A stretch of 64,000 nucleotides of DNA from Candidatus Obscuribacteraceae bacterium. Its GTDB lineage: Bacteria > Cyanobacteriota > Vampirovibrionia > Obscuribacterales > Obscuribacteraceae. Under the pieces are notes generated by a model, which was not told the DNA's origin, made no database searches, and worked only from the letters and a program-made list of their open reading frames with translations. A program made the translations under genes and the position numbers. The stretch spans positions 1 through 64,000 of the forward strand of contig JBGAHS010000006.1 of NCBI GenBank assembly GCA_044226015.1, written 5' to 3'. Below are positions 49,401 to 59,000 of the stretch, piece by piece; positions within the stretch are counted from its first letter, which is position 1; every line of letters starts with the position of its first letter.

Positions 49401-52400
49401 TGGTACTGCTGGTGGTGACAACACCAGTCTGGGACTCAGTGGTCTAGGAGGAGCAGGTGGCTCTGGCGGGATAGGCGGAGATGGCGGCAGCGGAGGTAAG
49501 CTGGTAATCAACGCAAATACCTTGACTGCTGGCTTTGGGTCTGAAATTGATGCAATCGGAGGAAATGCCGGTTCTGGTGGACGTGGCGCCGTCGGCGGTA
49601 CGGGCAGTACCAACATCGCATTGGGTGCTACCGGCACTGGTGGAAACGGCGGCAATGGTGGCTCTTCAGGACAGGCTGGCAGCGGCGGTCAGGTGAACAT
49701 CACTCTGAAGGGTGCAGGCATTACGCCGAGTTTTGACCTTCGTGGTGGCGATGCTTCCGTTGGCGGCTCAGCTGAGCGCGGTGGCGCGGCTCGCACGGTG
49801 ACTGGCACGAATGGTAATGGTGCTGCATCGGGCAATGCTGGTTCTGGAGGCAACCTGTCTATCAGCTCGACAGCTGGGCTTTTGACTATCTCTGGATCTC
49901 TGATTGCAGTTGGTGGTGCTGCTGTCTTCGGAGGTGACGGAGCTTCAGGCTTGAATACTGAGTTTGCGCAAGCCGGTGGAGCTGGCGGTAGCTCTGGAGC
50001 GGCCGGTAATGGTGGCATCATAAACATAGCTGGTAGTGCCGGAGTCGTCATCGCAAGCGGTCTGATCAGTAGCGCAGGTGGTGCATCCGCACGTGGTGGT
50101 GATGCTGGAAACGCTGGCGCTAGTGGGTTGAAGAGCGGAGACCTTGGCGCTGTCGGCGGATCGGGGGCCAGCGGCGGAGATGGTGGGCAGATTACGCTTA
50201 GCTCTGATAAAGGTAGCCTGGTTCTCAACTCCGATTTCGGACTCAATGTCTCAGGAGCTGATGGTGGCAATGGAGGACGCGGCGGAGACGGTGGCAGCAC
50301 ATCCCTCAATTCTGGTAGTGCTGGTGCCGGAGGCGCTAGTGGTGTCGGAAATGCAGGTGGTTCTGCTGGTGTTATAAACCTGAATTTTGCTAAAGGAAAC
50401 ATTGGAGCTGCTGGAAAATTCAGGCTAAACCTCATTCTTAATGGCGGTGATGGTGGAGATTCCGGCATTGGAGGAGGTGGTGGTGCATCTCTGGGATTAG
50501 CGGGAATAGGTGGAAATGGTGGCAAATCTCAGTCTGCTGGTGATGGTGGTGTCGGAGGAACTCTCAATGTTTCAGCCAATACCATTAATTGGTATACGAA
50601 TGCCAATCTCGATGGAGGTGACGGTGGTTTCGGCGGGACTGGAGGTTTCGCCGGATCGGCATTAAACGATTCTGACGGTGGCAGCGGTGGTGCAGGTGGA
50701 AAGGGCGGCGCTGGAGGCTATGCTGGTACAGGAACAATTACTGCAGCTGGAAACCTGATTAGCTCATATTCTTCGAACATAACCGCAGTCGGAGGACGCG
50801 GTGGAGACGGCGGTAATGCACGGGCAGGAGCAGTCGGATCTGGCATAGGTCAGGGCGGTTCGGGCGGTCGCGGTGGTGACGGTGGTGCTGGCGGCAATGG
50901 CGCCAGTTTCGCCAGTGGACTCGTAGTCACATCATCGAAGGGACTCCTCGACCTCAGCAATTCTGGAATGAGTGCAAGTGCCGGTGCTGGCGGTTCCGCT
51001 GGTGCTGGAGGTGCTGGTGGCACAGGCACCACAGGTGGTGATGGTGGTGACACTGGTGATACTGGGCAAGGCGGGCTGGGTGGTTACGTGAAGCTTTCAG
51101 CAGCTGGCGCTGCAACTGTTGGCTTTGTTTCTGCTATTGGTGGCTCAGCTGGCTTCTTTGTATCTGCCGCAGGCGCTGGTGGTGCAGCATTAGGCGCGGG
51201 AGGTCTTGGCTCTGGTGATGGAGGTAGCGGTGGTAATGCAGGATTGATTCGTGCCTCTGGAAACGGTGGAAAGATTGAAGTAAGTGCAAGTAGCATCGTA
51301 AGCGCAGGGTTTGCCAGTTTGCTGGCGGGCGGTGGAGGCATGTTCGTGTCTCCGGCGGATGGCGCCAATGGTGCTGATGCTAATCCGTTCAGTAGTGCTG
51401 GTAGCGGTGGTAAGGGCGGTAATGCCTCAGTCGCGCAGCCTGCTGGTAACGGTGGAAGCATAACTTTGCTTGCAAAAACCGGTGCGGTTTCTGGCAATTT
51501 CTCTCTCAATGTGACTGGCGGCGACACAACTTCCAGCGGCGGTACGGGTGGCAGCGGTGGCTCAGGAATTAATTCGGGAGGCAATGGCGGTGCAGCTGCA
51601 GTGATGGCATCTGGAGGTAATGGAGGCAGCATCTCGGTCACAGGAGTTGGAGTTGGTCCTATACGGCTTCTAGCTAGTGGTGGCGGAGGCGGCTCTTCCT
51701 CTGGCACCGGGGGCGCTGGTGGTGCTCAAATCTCTGGGACACTGAGCACTACTGGGGGAACTGGTGGATCTGGTGCGAAAGGAGGGCACGGTGGGGACGG
51801 CGGTACTATAACCGTCAACTATTCGACCGGTAGCTTAAGCATTCTTGAGTTTATCTCTGCTTCCGGTGGAAATGGAGGTTCTGTCACTTCTGTTGGTGGT
51901 GCTGGTGGCAACGGTAACCAGGGTGATGGTGGCAAAGGTGGTGACGCAGGTTTCGTAGGTTACGGAGGTAACGGTGGGAAGCTGACTATCAGCGGTTCTG
52001 GGTCTATCAATGCTAACCTTTCACCGATTAATTTGAGTGGGGGTGATGCAGGAACTGCCACAGCCGATGGTGGAAATGGTGGCTCTTCTTCTATAGCTAA
52101 AGGTGGAGCTGGTGGCAGCGGCGTCAGTTTCTTGACTAACCCGCTTTCTGGTACCAGTGCTGGTAAGGGTGGTTCAGCTTCGCTTAGCACAAATACTGGT
52201 GCAATTAACATCTACGTAATTGATGCAAATGGTGGAGATCTGCCTAACTCAAGTTCGAAGGCTGGAAACGGTGGAAATGGATTCTCCGCCGGTGGTGCCG
52301 GTGGTTCAATTCTCAACATTGGAGCAGCAGGCGCTGGCGGCACCATACTACTTAATTCGACTGGCACTTCAAGCACTGGTGGAGCTATCTCCATACAGCA

Positions 52401-55400
52401 GGAGCTTATTGCCTACGGTGGCTCTGGAAATCAGTTTGCTGCAGTTACTGGTTCTGGCGGAACTGGTGCAGTTGGCGGCTCTGCAGGTAGCTACGGCGTT
52501 GTTCCGGCTGCTGGAAGTGCTTCTAGTAACAGTGCTTCTCCAGCAATCAAAATAAACACCGCAGGAACTATAACTTTTGCGGCAAATTGCATCTTGGATG
52601 CATCCGGTGGCTCTGGACTCTCTATCACTTCTCAAGCAGGTTCCGCTGGATCTTCAGGGGCGGCTGCCGGAATTGACGGTGGAAACGGCAGCAATGGTGG
52701 CAACGGAGGAAGTGGCGGACTCATTCAAATCAGCTCCAAAGCTGCATTTACCTCATTTGCTAGAATCAGAGCTGCAGGTGGTGCTGGTGGTGATGGCGGA
52801 TTTGGCGGACTTGCAGGGGCTTCGACAAGTCTATCTGCAGGAGGCACAGGCGGCTCAGGAGGTACCGGAGGCTCTGGTGGAACTGGTGGGGCTGTGAGTA
52901 TTACTGCGCTGTCTATATCAAGCTATGGTTCTCCGTCCATCGCATCCATTATTACCTCGGGAGGAGATGCCGGTGATGGTGGGTCTGGAAATCAGGGCAC
53001 TAGCTCGAGTATCGCTGGTGCTGGTGGAGTCGGCGGTGCCGGTGGCAGCGGTGGTAATGCCGGTCAATTGACTTTGCTATCTACTGGCACTGTCACTACA
53101 GGTGGTATTAATATCGGCAACAATTTTGAGATAATTGCTTCAGGCGGTCTGGCTGGAAGTGGCGGTGCGGGAGGTAACGGAGGCGACGGAGCTAGCCTTG
53201 CTGGTAGTGGCGGACAAGGTGGAGCTGGCGGGGCTGGTGGCTCTGGAGCGATAGGAAGTGGACCGAACACATTCGGTATCACTCTCAGTTCAGCTGGACC
53301 AATTAATCTTGGAGCCTCCATTTCTGTTAGCGGCGGTGATGGTAACAGTGCTGGAGCCGGTGGTGCCGGAGGTGTCATCAGCACAGCTAGCGTAGCTTCA
53401 GCTACTGGTGGTGCCGGTGGTGACGGCGGCAATTCTGGAGCAGGTGCCAGCGGCGGTACGGTGTCCATATCTAGTTCTCTGTCTAACATTAATGCAACTG
53501 GTTCGAGAGGCTTCCGAATTGAGGCAAACGGAGGTGATGCAGGTTCAGGTTCGTCGGGGGGTCAAGGCGGATTTGTCTCTGACACTGTAGTGGCTGTCTC
53601 TGGCGTCGGTGGAGCTGGTGGAAAGTCATCTCAAGTTGCAGGTGGTGGAAGCGGTGGTGTAATCATTTTCAGTTCAGCGAAGGGGTCTGTTGCTAGTGGT
53701 TCGGGAGGCTCACCAATCCTCAGTGTCGACGGCGGGGCTGCCACTCAACTGAGTGCAGGACCTGGCGCAGGTGGTAATGCTCCATCTCTAGGCGGGTCAG
53801 GAGGCGACATGTCAACATCGACTGCTGCTTCCGGCGGCAAGGGCGGTAGCATCAGCATCTCCGCTTCTGTTGCGGCGAAGAGTCTGCCATTGCTGTCAGC
53901 CAATGGTGGGGATGGATCGCTCGGAATCGCGGGTGGAGCCGGTGGCGGTGCTCTCTCTCTCAGCGGAAATGCCGCGTCCGGCGGCAGCGGTTCTTCCGGT
54001 GGTGCTGGTGGTGATGCTGGTAAATTGACGGTAACGGTCAGTACAGGCGAGCTTAGTTTGGCGGGAACAGGCATTTCTCTAAGAGGCGGTAATGGAGGCA
54101 GTTCTGGCAATGGTGGAGACGCAGGAATAAATCCCCCAGGAGCAACTCTTAAGGCTAATGGTGGCAATGCAGGTCTCAGTGGTGGAAATGGTGGCGCAGG
54201 CGGTAACCTAATCGTAAGTAGCACTACTGGTAATATCAGCATTTCTTCTGTGTCCGTAAACGGCGGAATCGCAGGTAACGGTGGGTTTGGTGGTATTCCA
54301 GCGTTCGGTGGTGGAGATGGAGGTAATGGTGGCACTGGAGGTGGCGGTGGCTCCGCGGGTAACATCACAGTCAGCAGCAAGTCGGGACAGATTAGCTTGC
54401 CAATTCTCACAGGAGTAGGTGGAGCTGCTGGTAATGGTGGCAGTGGTAGCAATGGTGCTGTGATCGGATCTGCTCCCGCAGCGGGCAACGGTGGCGGTGG
54501 TGGAAGTGGTGGCAATGGTGGTAAGGGTGCTAGCATCACCGTCAGTACTGGAGCTAGCTTAATAAGCCTTGCGACACTCGATGTCCGAGGCGGATTAGGC
54601 GGCAATGGAGCTTTAGGTGGTGACGGCGGTGCCGGTGGCGCTTCTCCAGGTGGTAACGGTGGCAATGGTGGCAGTGGCGGCACCGGAGGGAACGCGGGCT
54701 CGTCTGCAATCACTTCAAGCAAACAGATTCAGTTAGTTCTGTCGTCTGGACCGTCAGCGCAAGGAGGCGATGGTGGAACCGGTGCTAAGTCCGGTTTCGG
54801 CGGAAGCGGCTCAAGCTTTGGACTAGCTGGTATCAGTGGAGTAGGTGGAAATGGTGGCAATGGTGGAAATCTATCTTTTACCGCCCCTTCTGTAGTTCCG
54901 CCTATATCAAGCATTCCATCTTCTTCTGTCAGCGGAGGCTTTGGTGGACTTGCTCCAGTAATCTTCGGCAAGTCAGGCAACCCAGGTACGATAACCTTAT
55001 TAGATGATGGTGACTCAGAGCTTCCTGCTCGTACTTTGATTAAGCGTAAGATTGCGAAGAACGATGAGTCAGAAACTGCACCGAGTTCTGATTTCGATGT
55101 TTACAAGCCTGTAGCTTTCGTTCAGAATGTTCTACGGTTTAACCAACAAGACTTCAGTGCTTCAAATGTCTTGCTCGCTCCGACAAAGAGAGATGCTAGT
55201 GTCAAATGCGGTGACCTTTTAATTACTGTTGCAAAAGGCTCCGCTGCATTCATCTTAGACAATGGTGAAAGCTTGTGTGTCATGTCACTGCATGATAATC
55301 GCAATGGCGATATCAAAATCAGCAACGGAAAACAGAACTACACGCTGCGAACCAGTGAAGAGCTTTTGTTCAGCCGTTCTGGAGCAAGCTTTGACGCCGC

Positions 55401-55665
55401 ACACGTACTTCCTCAGCTTGGGGTTAGAAACATTGTTTCGCAGCAACTTCCGGGAGGAAAGAGTGCATACCTAAGTGAGTTCTCCCTTCCTTCTGCAATT
55501 TCGCAACTTGATTCCTTGAGGATTTTGAAGAATTCCAATAATCCAGCGGACAGAGCTTTGTATGACAAGATGCTCAAGAATGCTGCGGTAGTGCTAAACC
55601 TCATGGCCAAGAAAGGAGCCTACAAGAGCGCAAATTCAATTGTGAACATCAAAGCAAGCAGATAG
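40468..55665 (+). CDS. Giant secreted glycine-rich repeat protein (5065 aa), adhesin/surface-filament-like
   Basis: GAGG SD and MQMKS...AARA signal peptide; FHA-like beta-strand N-domain; about 4400 aa of GGxGGxG tracts alternating with short beta-strands; about 220-aa non-repetitive C-domain. Confidence 0.9.
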   Translation: MQMKSVFATMACVGLAYSQVIAARAQQANPGGDLNLASKERSVTAPSNIPSVNIRVGGHNQVITPGMSLTPAEAMALSQVIATGKQSLVIGAGGNAIGGNLVLQPTSSLTALTVPLGVSVIRDFAGVQSLNVAGNITNSGSIYAVSTAPMVNNALISAANITNNVGALISSMLPAGGLAGFSNAIGGLNLTLFANNSIVNHGSITSAGNLNLIAGNSIVNQSSGGNQALMAAMGSVNLASSHIQNSGIINAIANVNVYQNATLSSQLSTVLSEQIKSGLINSLGNLTVNNALGTISAQTGSINILTPGLKSESLNLLGGTWLSNELNINAGCSNLVMAVDTVTGTVNSIAGSGNVGAVNGIRLGETVFSGDPTFWSSSGDITISSTQTFDAAITYLSSGNIIFDSTAGSIAIRSYQAGTQGFDITMVAGAALTGGSAPVYPSSINPGDSVSLTGVGAGGSIKQTGSNGVAIDASSVGFNSGNILIAAYKTSKAGTGQIDLTNTNVLAQSDIGKGGNVTVIAPTITLGSINSKGAVGSPSLTVTTANPSGTLKADSSGAVVGTLTAGAIDAAGSVVLTSSVVNSAGKVVINAGSTGTNIDMKSGSSIVVDGVSTNVDAGSITLNGGTIVLDSIQANGFNQPLIAKSATLSGGNGGTVTVTSTVNLSSGTTSTLAFGGNGSYGDPGFTGGSGGNGGTINIKAVTTDLASYAFSIGGGKGGDGGAGANGGTGLAGDAGTTGGAGGKGGSFTVNSTGSLSLGLIDSRGGDGGFGGTGGNGGTNVSGTGGGGGFGGLGGSGGAGGTVQVSGPSVAVKSNIFTSGGSGGQGGNGGGGALGISGGSGALAGTGGVGGIGGAVTVSSTASLTFPSTATIDSSGGAGGAGGFGGFGADAIAGNGGSGGSGGSGAAGGKAANISINSNANILVSGVFTFKAQGGNSGVGFAGGSGGSGVGAASVGGNGGAGGSSGSAGTGGNISLTAKTSISSSGAGKLVVNNYGGAGGGGGAGGSGANAANSLGSIAGSGGAGGSGGQGADAGKLSFSSSSFDSLLSINDAGSLSFGAGGPGGAGGFGGFSVPAFNSDGGSGGAGGSGGNGGKGIAISFTTPGAITFQNGTAVNNYSGRGGAGGFGGTALTGGTFGSGGSGGAGGSGGSGADAVGLSFTSTPSSINFSTSALLFAPGNGGNAGGGGQGADCVAGTAGNGGNGGTAGTAGKAVAITLTAASFSSGPGTLASFGAIGGNGGDAGIGGTGLLAGGLSGFSSSGASGTAGGAITINATNNAVLPGLLSEGGAGGTGGLGAGGAGASASGTGAAGQAGGAGGSGGAGAAITVESKSGSLTLTAAISSRGASGLFGSAGGSGGSGQNGGAGGAGGAGGNAGAGGNISLKAKGDITLSVPSISASAGDSAAGAPGGSSGNGFTGNSANGGAGGAAGLGANGGTILLSSSGGSIINTGSLNVSSTGSTAARSGNGGNAGSADASSIAGSGGNAGTTAAGGNAGNISFSAKNAINAGVSGINFFNFGGPGGNSGSGGDGASGGTGGKGGAASSGGKGGNGSTLSLSAATISGKLGLNPFASTFYASGGDGGSGGVGGSSALSSSTGANAGKSGSGGDGGLGPTVSLKATSSLSLDAGSILNSFGGRGGDGALGFSGGQGDATGGNGADGGSGGAGGASGSLAISSGGTINLDANINWAGGKGGKGADGGSGAYGVSAGSGSAGKGGSGGVGGSSAAISIDAKSTLTFASSNVLSSVGGIGGDGGAGAATASSQLSLAGGDGGSGGKGGAGGQITLSGSALTLGTPFSIGGKGGSGGDGASGGFSSSILSTGAVGGAGGDGAAAGAAGAIKITASAGLTLNGSIFAEGGKAGTGGNGADGASGGTGGAAGKGGAGGDSGAGADITISAGGDINVIGNLVISSSASEGSESNGTGVSGKGGIGGAGGFGNQTTIGGAGGQGGAAGSGAKAGVVTINQSKGNFNLFGDLGIYAGGSSAGVAGAGGVGGSSIGNGGSGGDGGSTSLSKAGVGGNISISGANSTILSNGGSLSFVNFGGSGATGADGGKGASVSVSAATFAGAGGAGSAGGDAAAGGAVSVKVASINAVVLVNPDALDYGRGGAGGAGGDGGFVANLSSKAGNGGAGGNAGKNASGVNVTLDGSKGITLLTGSKIITRGVFVAFGGGNGGNGGISTGTDESGGDGGNGGAGSSSLTVNQSVTLTSSAGFINLNDVIIDISGPSSGSGGKGGSGGAGSFASSLGVGGAGGDGGSGGSTTSSPGAITISAAKDISMSSLGSLNASGGDGGSAAGAGSGGIAIGSGSKGGDGGLGGFGGNGGSSGTISVVSTAGSLLFNSDGTSNTGPFIMASGGDGGDNGAGGSGGAGGIVGGRGGDAGNSGDGGAAFSSSTVNTVQLKAAKTITLPSIVAFGGEGGSAANSGAFGGMAQDGSGGDGGFGGTAGAGGIGGKISIVSSGDIITPANSPSIVARGGIAGEQGSGGNGGSGGATAIGLGSGGKGGDAGGVKSSGAGGTVTIQSGGLLGSKSEYDLIINVSGGDGSAASPSVFGGSGGDGGLSPGAGGSVVAPLGTVTASGGNGGQVTLNGKDISHIRVIAEGGSGSQATAYGGDGGDQTNTSTLIGSGAAGGSVGVRGAGGAGGIINITATAGGFLGLGISANGGSGGNGSTAIGGNGGSGRVQGGAGGSMGTTGAGGAGGKVNISVTTGLLDLRDALVMANGGDGASANGSGGNGGSSDFGSGGAGGAAQGSGAGGAGGSISLSSTTGGMLISTAYALGGSVFGGAVSGGEGGRAGISGSFGATTGGAGGNLGTIGNAGAGGTIDIKAGTGTGSIQVQELLAAFGGSVTSFSSSTPGKGGDNDNVLGSGGNTGSFVNAGNAGNGGSITFNSGQNIVISKTASVSVEGKSAAGFSVVYSLSGAKGTVSAGNGADSAALLGGSGGSGGTITINASAKDVNIMGTILLNGGDGGSGAGGTAGGDNTSLGLSGLGGAGGSGGIGGDGGSGGKLVINANTLTAGFGSEIDAIGGNAGSGGRGAVGGTGSTNIALGATGTGGNGGNGGSSGQAGSGGQVNITLKGAGITPSFDLRGGDASVGGSAERGGAARTVTGTNGNGAASGNAGSGGNLSISSTAGLLTISGSLIAVGGAAVFGGDGASGLNTEFAQAGGAGGSSGAAGNGGIINIAGSAGVVIASGLISSAGGASARGGDAGNAGASGLKSGDLGAVGGSGASGGDGGQITLSSDKGSLVLNSDFGLNVSGADGGNGGRGGDGGSTSLNSGSAGAGGASGVGNAGGSAGVINLNFAKGNIGAAGKFRLNLILNGGDGGDSGIGGGGGASLGLAGIGGNGGKSQSAGDGGVGGTLNVSANTINWYTNANLDGGDGGFGGTGGFAGSALNDSDGGSGGAGGKGGAGGYAGTGTITAAGNLISSYSSNITAVGGRGGDGGNARAGAVGSGIGQGGSGGRGGDGGAGGNGASFASGLVVTSSKGLLDLSNSGMSASAGAGGSAGAGGAGGTGTTGGDGGDTGDTGQGGLGGYVKLSAAGAATVGFVSAIGGSAGFFVSAAGAGGAALGAGGLGSGDGGSGGNAGLIRASGNGGKIEVSASSIVSAGFASLLAGGGGMFVSPADGANGADANPFSSAGSGGKGGNASVAQPAGNGGSITLLAKTGAVSGNFSLNVTGGDTTSSGGTGGSGGSGINSGGNGGAAAVMASGGNGGSISVTGVGVGPIRLLASGGGGGSSSGTGGAGGAQISGTLSTTGGTGGSGAKGGHGGDGGTITVNYSTGSLSILEFISASGGNGGSVTSVGGAGGNGNQGDGGKGGDAGFVGYGGNGGKLTISGSGSINANLSPINLSGGDAGTATADGGNGGSSSIAKGGAGGSGVSFLTNPLSGTSAGKGGSASLSTNTGAINIYVIDANGGDLPNSSSKAGNGGNGFSAGGAGGSILNIGAAGAGGTILLNSTGTSSTGGAISIQQELIAYGGSGNQFAAVTGSGGTGAVGGSAGSYGVVPAAGSASSNSASPAIKINTAGTITFAANCILDASGGSGLSITSQAGSAGSSGAAAGIDGGNGSNGGNGGSGGLIQISSKAAFTSFARIRAAGGAGGDGGFGGLAGASTSLSAGGTGGSGGTGGSGGTGGAVSITALSISSYGSPSIASIITSGGDAGDGGSGNQGTSSSIAGAGGVGGAGGSGGNAGQLTLLSTGTVTTGGINIGNNFEIIASGGLAGSGGAGGNGGDGASLAGSGGQGGAGGAGGSGAIGSGPNTFGITLSSAGPINLGASISVSGGDGNSAGAGGAGGVISTASVASATGGAGGDGGNSGAGASGGTVSISSSLSNINATGSRGFRIEANGGDAGSGSSGGQGGFVSDTVVAVSGVGGAGGKSSQVAGGGSGGVIIFSSAKGSVASGSGGSPILSVDGGAATQLSAGPGAGGNAPSLGGSGGDMSTSTAASGGKGGSISISASVAAKSLPLLSANGGDGSLGIAGGAGGGALSLSGNAASGGSGSSGGAGGDAGKLTVTVSTGELSLAGTGISLRGGNGGSSGNGGDAGINPPGATLKANGGNAGLSGGNGGAGGNLIVSSTTGNISISSVSVNGGIAGNGGFGGIPAFGGGDGGNGGTGGGGGSAGNITVSSKSGQISLPILTGVGGAAGNGGSGSNGAVIGSAPAAGNGGGGGSGGNGGKGASITVSTGASLISLATLDVRGGLGGNGALGGDGGAGGASPGGNGGNGGSGGTGGNAGSSAITSSKQIQLVLSSGPSAQGGDGGTGAKSGFGGSGSSFGLAGISGVGGNGGNGGNLSFTAPSVVPPISSIPSSSVSGGFGGLAPVIFGKSGNPGTITLLDDGDSELPARTLIKRKIAKNDESETAPSSDFDVYKPVAFVQNVLRFNQQDFSASNVLLAPTKRDASVKCGDLLITVAKGSAAFILDNGESLCVMSLHDNRNGDIKISNGKQNYTLRTSEELLFSRSGASFDAAHVLPQLGVRNIVSQQLPGGKSAYLSEFSLPSAISQLDSLRILKNSNNPADRALYDKMLKNAAVVLNLMAKKGAYKSANSIVNIKASR

Positions 55666-55706
55666 CGTTTCGTCAGAACCTTAGTTCAGGCGAAATTATG
55701 AATCAG

Positions 55707-55744
55707 AAAGCCAGCTGATCTCTTTGTTCAGCTGGCTTTTGTTT
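55707..55744 (+). terminator. Rho-independent terminator
   Basis: AAAGCCAGCTGA-N9-TCAGCTGGCTTT followed by TGTTT. Confidence 0.75.
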
Positions 55745-56095
55745 GTGCTTATTCCATTCATCCTGAAATAGAGTAAAAGGAGAATATTAGAGTTAATTCC
55801 TTCGTTCTTCTGGCTCTTTGTATTCTTGTGTGTAACGTCTTTGGAACAGCGAGGCTAACTGTGTGGTAGGTGCGCTTGGCTGGATTGGCAGGTTCCCAGA
55901 TTCGCCAGCGCGGAATCAGTGTTCATCTAGCAGTTATCCACCTTAGAAAAAATGTAGTATTTTCCTCCACTTTCTCCACATTCTATCCAAACTCTTTCTT
56001 TAGAATTGGAAGGTCTCAGTGCTCGATACCTATGGCTCAATTGTTGTTCAGGCAACATTTCGCTTAGTTGTGCCGCTAAAAAGAGGAAACTTTAG

Positions 56096-59000
56096 ATGCA
56101 AATGAAATCAGTGTGGGCTGTTATGGCTTGTGTCGGATTGGCTTATTCTCAAGTAATAGCGGCACGAGCTCAACAAGCGACGCCAGCCAGCGACCTCAAC
56201 TTGGGCTCTACAGCCAAAAGCGTCACGGCACCGGCAAACATACCTTCAGTGAGCATCAAAGTTGGTGGTCACAACCAGGTTGTGACACCTGGAATGTCAC
56301 TGACTCCTGCTGAAGCGATGGCGTTGAGCCAGGTCATATCATCCGGAAAACAATCGCTCGTAATTGGGGCAAATGGAAATGCAGTCTCAGGAAACCTCAT
56401 TCTGCAGCCAACTACATCCCTGACTGCGCTTACCGTGCCATTGGGTGTTTCTGTTGTGAGAGATTTCGCTGGCTCTCCTTCGATGAATGTGCTCGGAAAT
56501 ATTGTGAATTCCGGTTCCATTTTTGCTGTTTCCACTGCACCAACTGTGACCAATGCATTGATTAGTGCGGCTAACATCACGAACAACCCTGGTGCTTTGA
56601 TAAGCAGTGTCCTACCAGCAGGTGGTATCCCAGGATTTTCCGGTGCGCTAAACAATCTCAGTTTGACTTTGTTTGCAAATAATTCGATTGTTAACCACGG
56701 CTCTATAGCAAGCGCCGGAAATCTAAATTTGATTGCCGGTGGCAGCATAGTGAATAGCAGTGTTGGCAAAACCGAAGCAGTTATGTCAGCTTTGGGATCC
56801 ATCAATCTTGCTAGTAGCCATATTCAGAACAGTGGAATAATCAATGCGATCGCCAATGTGAACATCTACCAGAATGCAACACTGAGTTCGCAACTTGCAA
56901 ATATTGTAAGTGACCAAATTAGAAGCGGGTTGATCAGCAGTCTGGGCAACCTCACTGTTAATAATAGTCTTGGATCCATAAATGCAGTCTCCGGAAACAT
57001 CAATGTTTTGACGCCCGGTTTGCTTGGCGAGACGACTGAGCTAATTGGTGGAGCGTGGAACTCCAAAGAGCTAAACATAAACGCAGGATGTTCAAACCTG
57101 ATAATGGCTGTTGATCGTGCGACAGGAACAGTGAATTCAGTAGCTGGCAGTGGCAGTGTTGGAGCAATCAACGGAATTCATCTTGGTTCGACTGAGTTTA
57201 GCGGAGACCCCACCTTCTGGACCTCATCAGGGAATATGACGATTTCCTCTGATCAATTTTTTGACGAGGCAATAACATTCTTATCTGCCGGTGACATTAT
57301 CATTGATACCAGTGGTGGTGCTGTGTCTATCTCGTCGCGGAACGCTGGGACAAAGGGTTTTGACATAACAATGGTCGCGGGCGCTGCTCTGTCGGGTGGC
57401 TCAGCTCCTGTGTTTCCAACGCCAATCAATCTGGGAGACACAGTGAGTCTTACAGGCGCTGGTTCTGGCGGTTCTATTAAGAGCACAGGTGCCAACAATG
57501 CTGTCATTGACTCATCGAGTATCAACGGTAACGGTGGCAGTATATTCCTTGGTGCTTACAAAACATCGACGGCAGGAACGGGCAACATCGATTTGACTAA
57601 GGTTAGCTTAAACACTGGCTCTGGTGATGCGGTAGCCGGGAATGTGACAATAGTGGCGCCGACGGTTACTACTGGGACAATTCAGAGTGTTGGTGTTATT
57701 GGCAGTCCAAGCATAAAGATCACTACTGCCAATCCTTCTGGAACAATCTCTGCAAGCTCCACTGGTGCTGTTACTGGATCTTTGAGTGCAGGTACGGTGG
57801 ATAGTGCAGGCACGATTATTTTGACTGGCACTATCGATAGCGTTGCCGGAAATGTCGTTTTGGCAGCTGGTAGCACCGGTACTAACGTGGATATGAGCAG
57901 TGGCGCCGGAAAAATCTTTGTTGATGGATCCGCAACAAATCTCAGCGGAGGTTTTGTAAGCATCTCTGGTGGCAATTTGCAGATTGGCAGTATAAGTGCA
58001 AGCGGAGGACAAATTCCAGGAACGAGCAATAGTGCGGTTCAAGGGGGAAAAGGCGGCACTGTGACTATCACCGCAAGTGGATCTGTAAGTGTAAGTGGAT
58101 TGTCACAGAGCTTTAACGTTTCTGGCGGAGCAGGATCAACTGGTAACCAGGGAGTTGACGGTGGCAAAGGCGGCGATGGTGGTACGGTAACCATCAAGGC
58201 GAGTACTTTGAATTTCAGCAATATGCTCATTAGTGCCGATGGAAATGATGGTGGGCAAGGTGGCAGTGGTATAGACGGCACTCTTGGAGCTCCCGGCGGA
58301 GCTGCTGGCAAAGGTGGTGACTCCGGCAAGGGTGGTACCATCAGTATTACAACTACTGGAGCAATGACGATTGGGCTTCTTGCCGCGTCTGGTAGTGATG
58401 GTGGAGATGGAGGCGTTGGTGGTTCTGGCTCGCCTGTTTTGGGAGGAGCCGGTGCGATAGGAGGCTCAGGAGGAGCTGGTGGAGCAGGTGGACCTTCTGG
58501 AACCATAATATTGAATGGCGCTGGTATCACACTGAGCAACTTTGTAGGAGCCGATGGAGGCTTGGGCGGACTGGGTGGTGCTGGTGGAGCCGGAGGCGAT
58601 GGTGACACTGGTGGCAATGCTGGTGCTGGAGGGGTCGGTGGCAATGGCGGCACATCCACAGGGCTGACTATAACTTCAAGTGTAGATATCAACTTTCCGA
58701 ACACTACTACTTTGAGTGCTGGAGGCGGTTCTGGTGCCGCGGGCGGCAAAGGTGGCGATGGCGGCTTTGCGATAATAGGTGCTGGTGGGGCTGGTGGACT
58801 TGGTGCCGCCTCTGGAACTGGTGCGGGCGGCGGCAATATCACAATTTCGGCAAGCACTAACATCGTCAGCAGCAACACGCTGACTATAAATGCCAGTGGA
58901 GGAAACTCATCATCCGGCGGTGATGGTGGAACTGGTAGGGCTGGCGGGTCTAGCACTGGAAATGGCGGTGCCGGAGGCAACGCCGGCAACAGTTCTGCTG

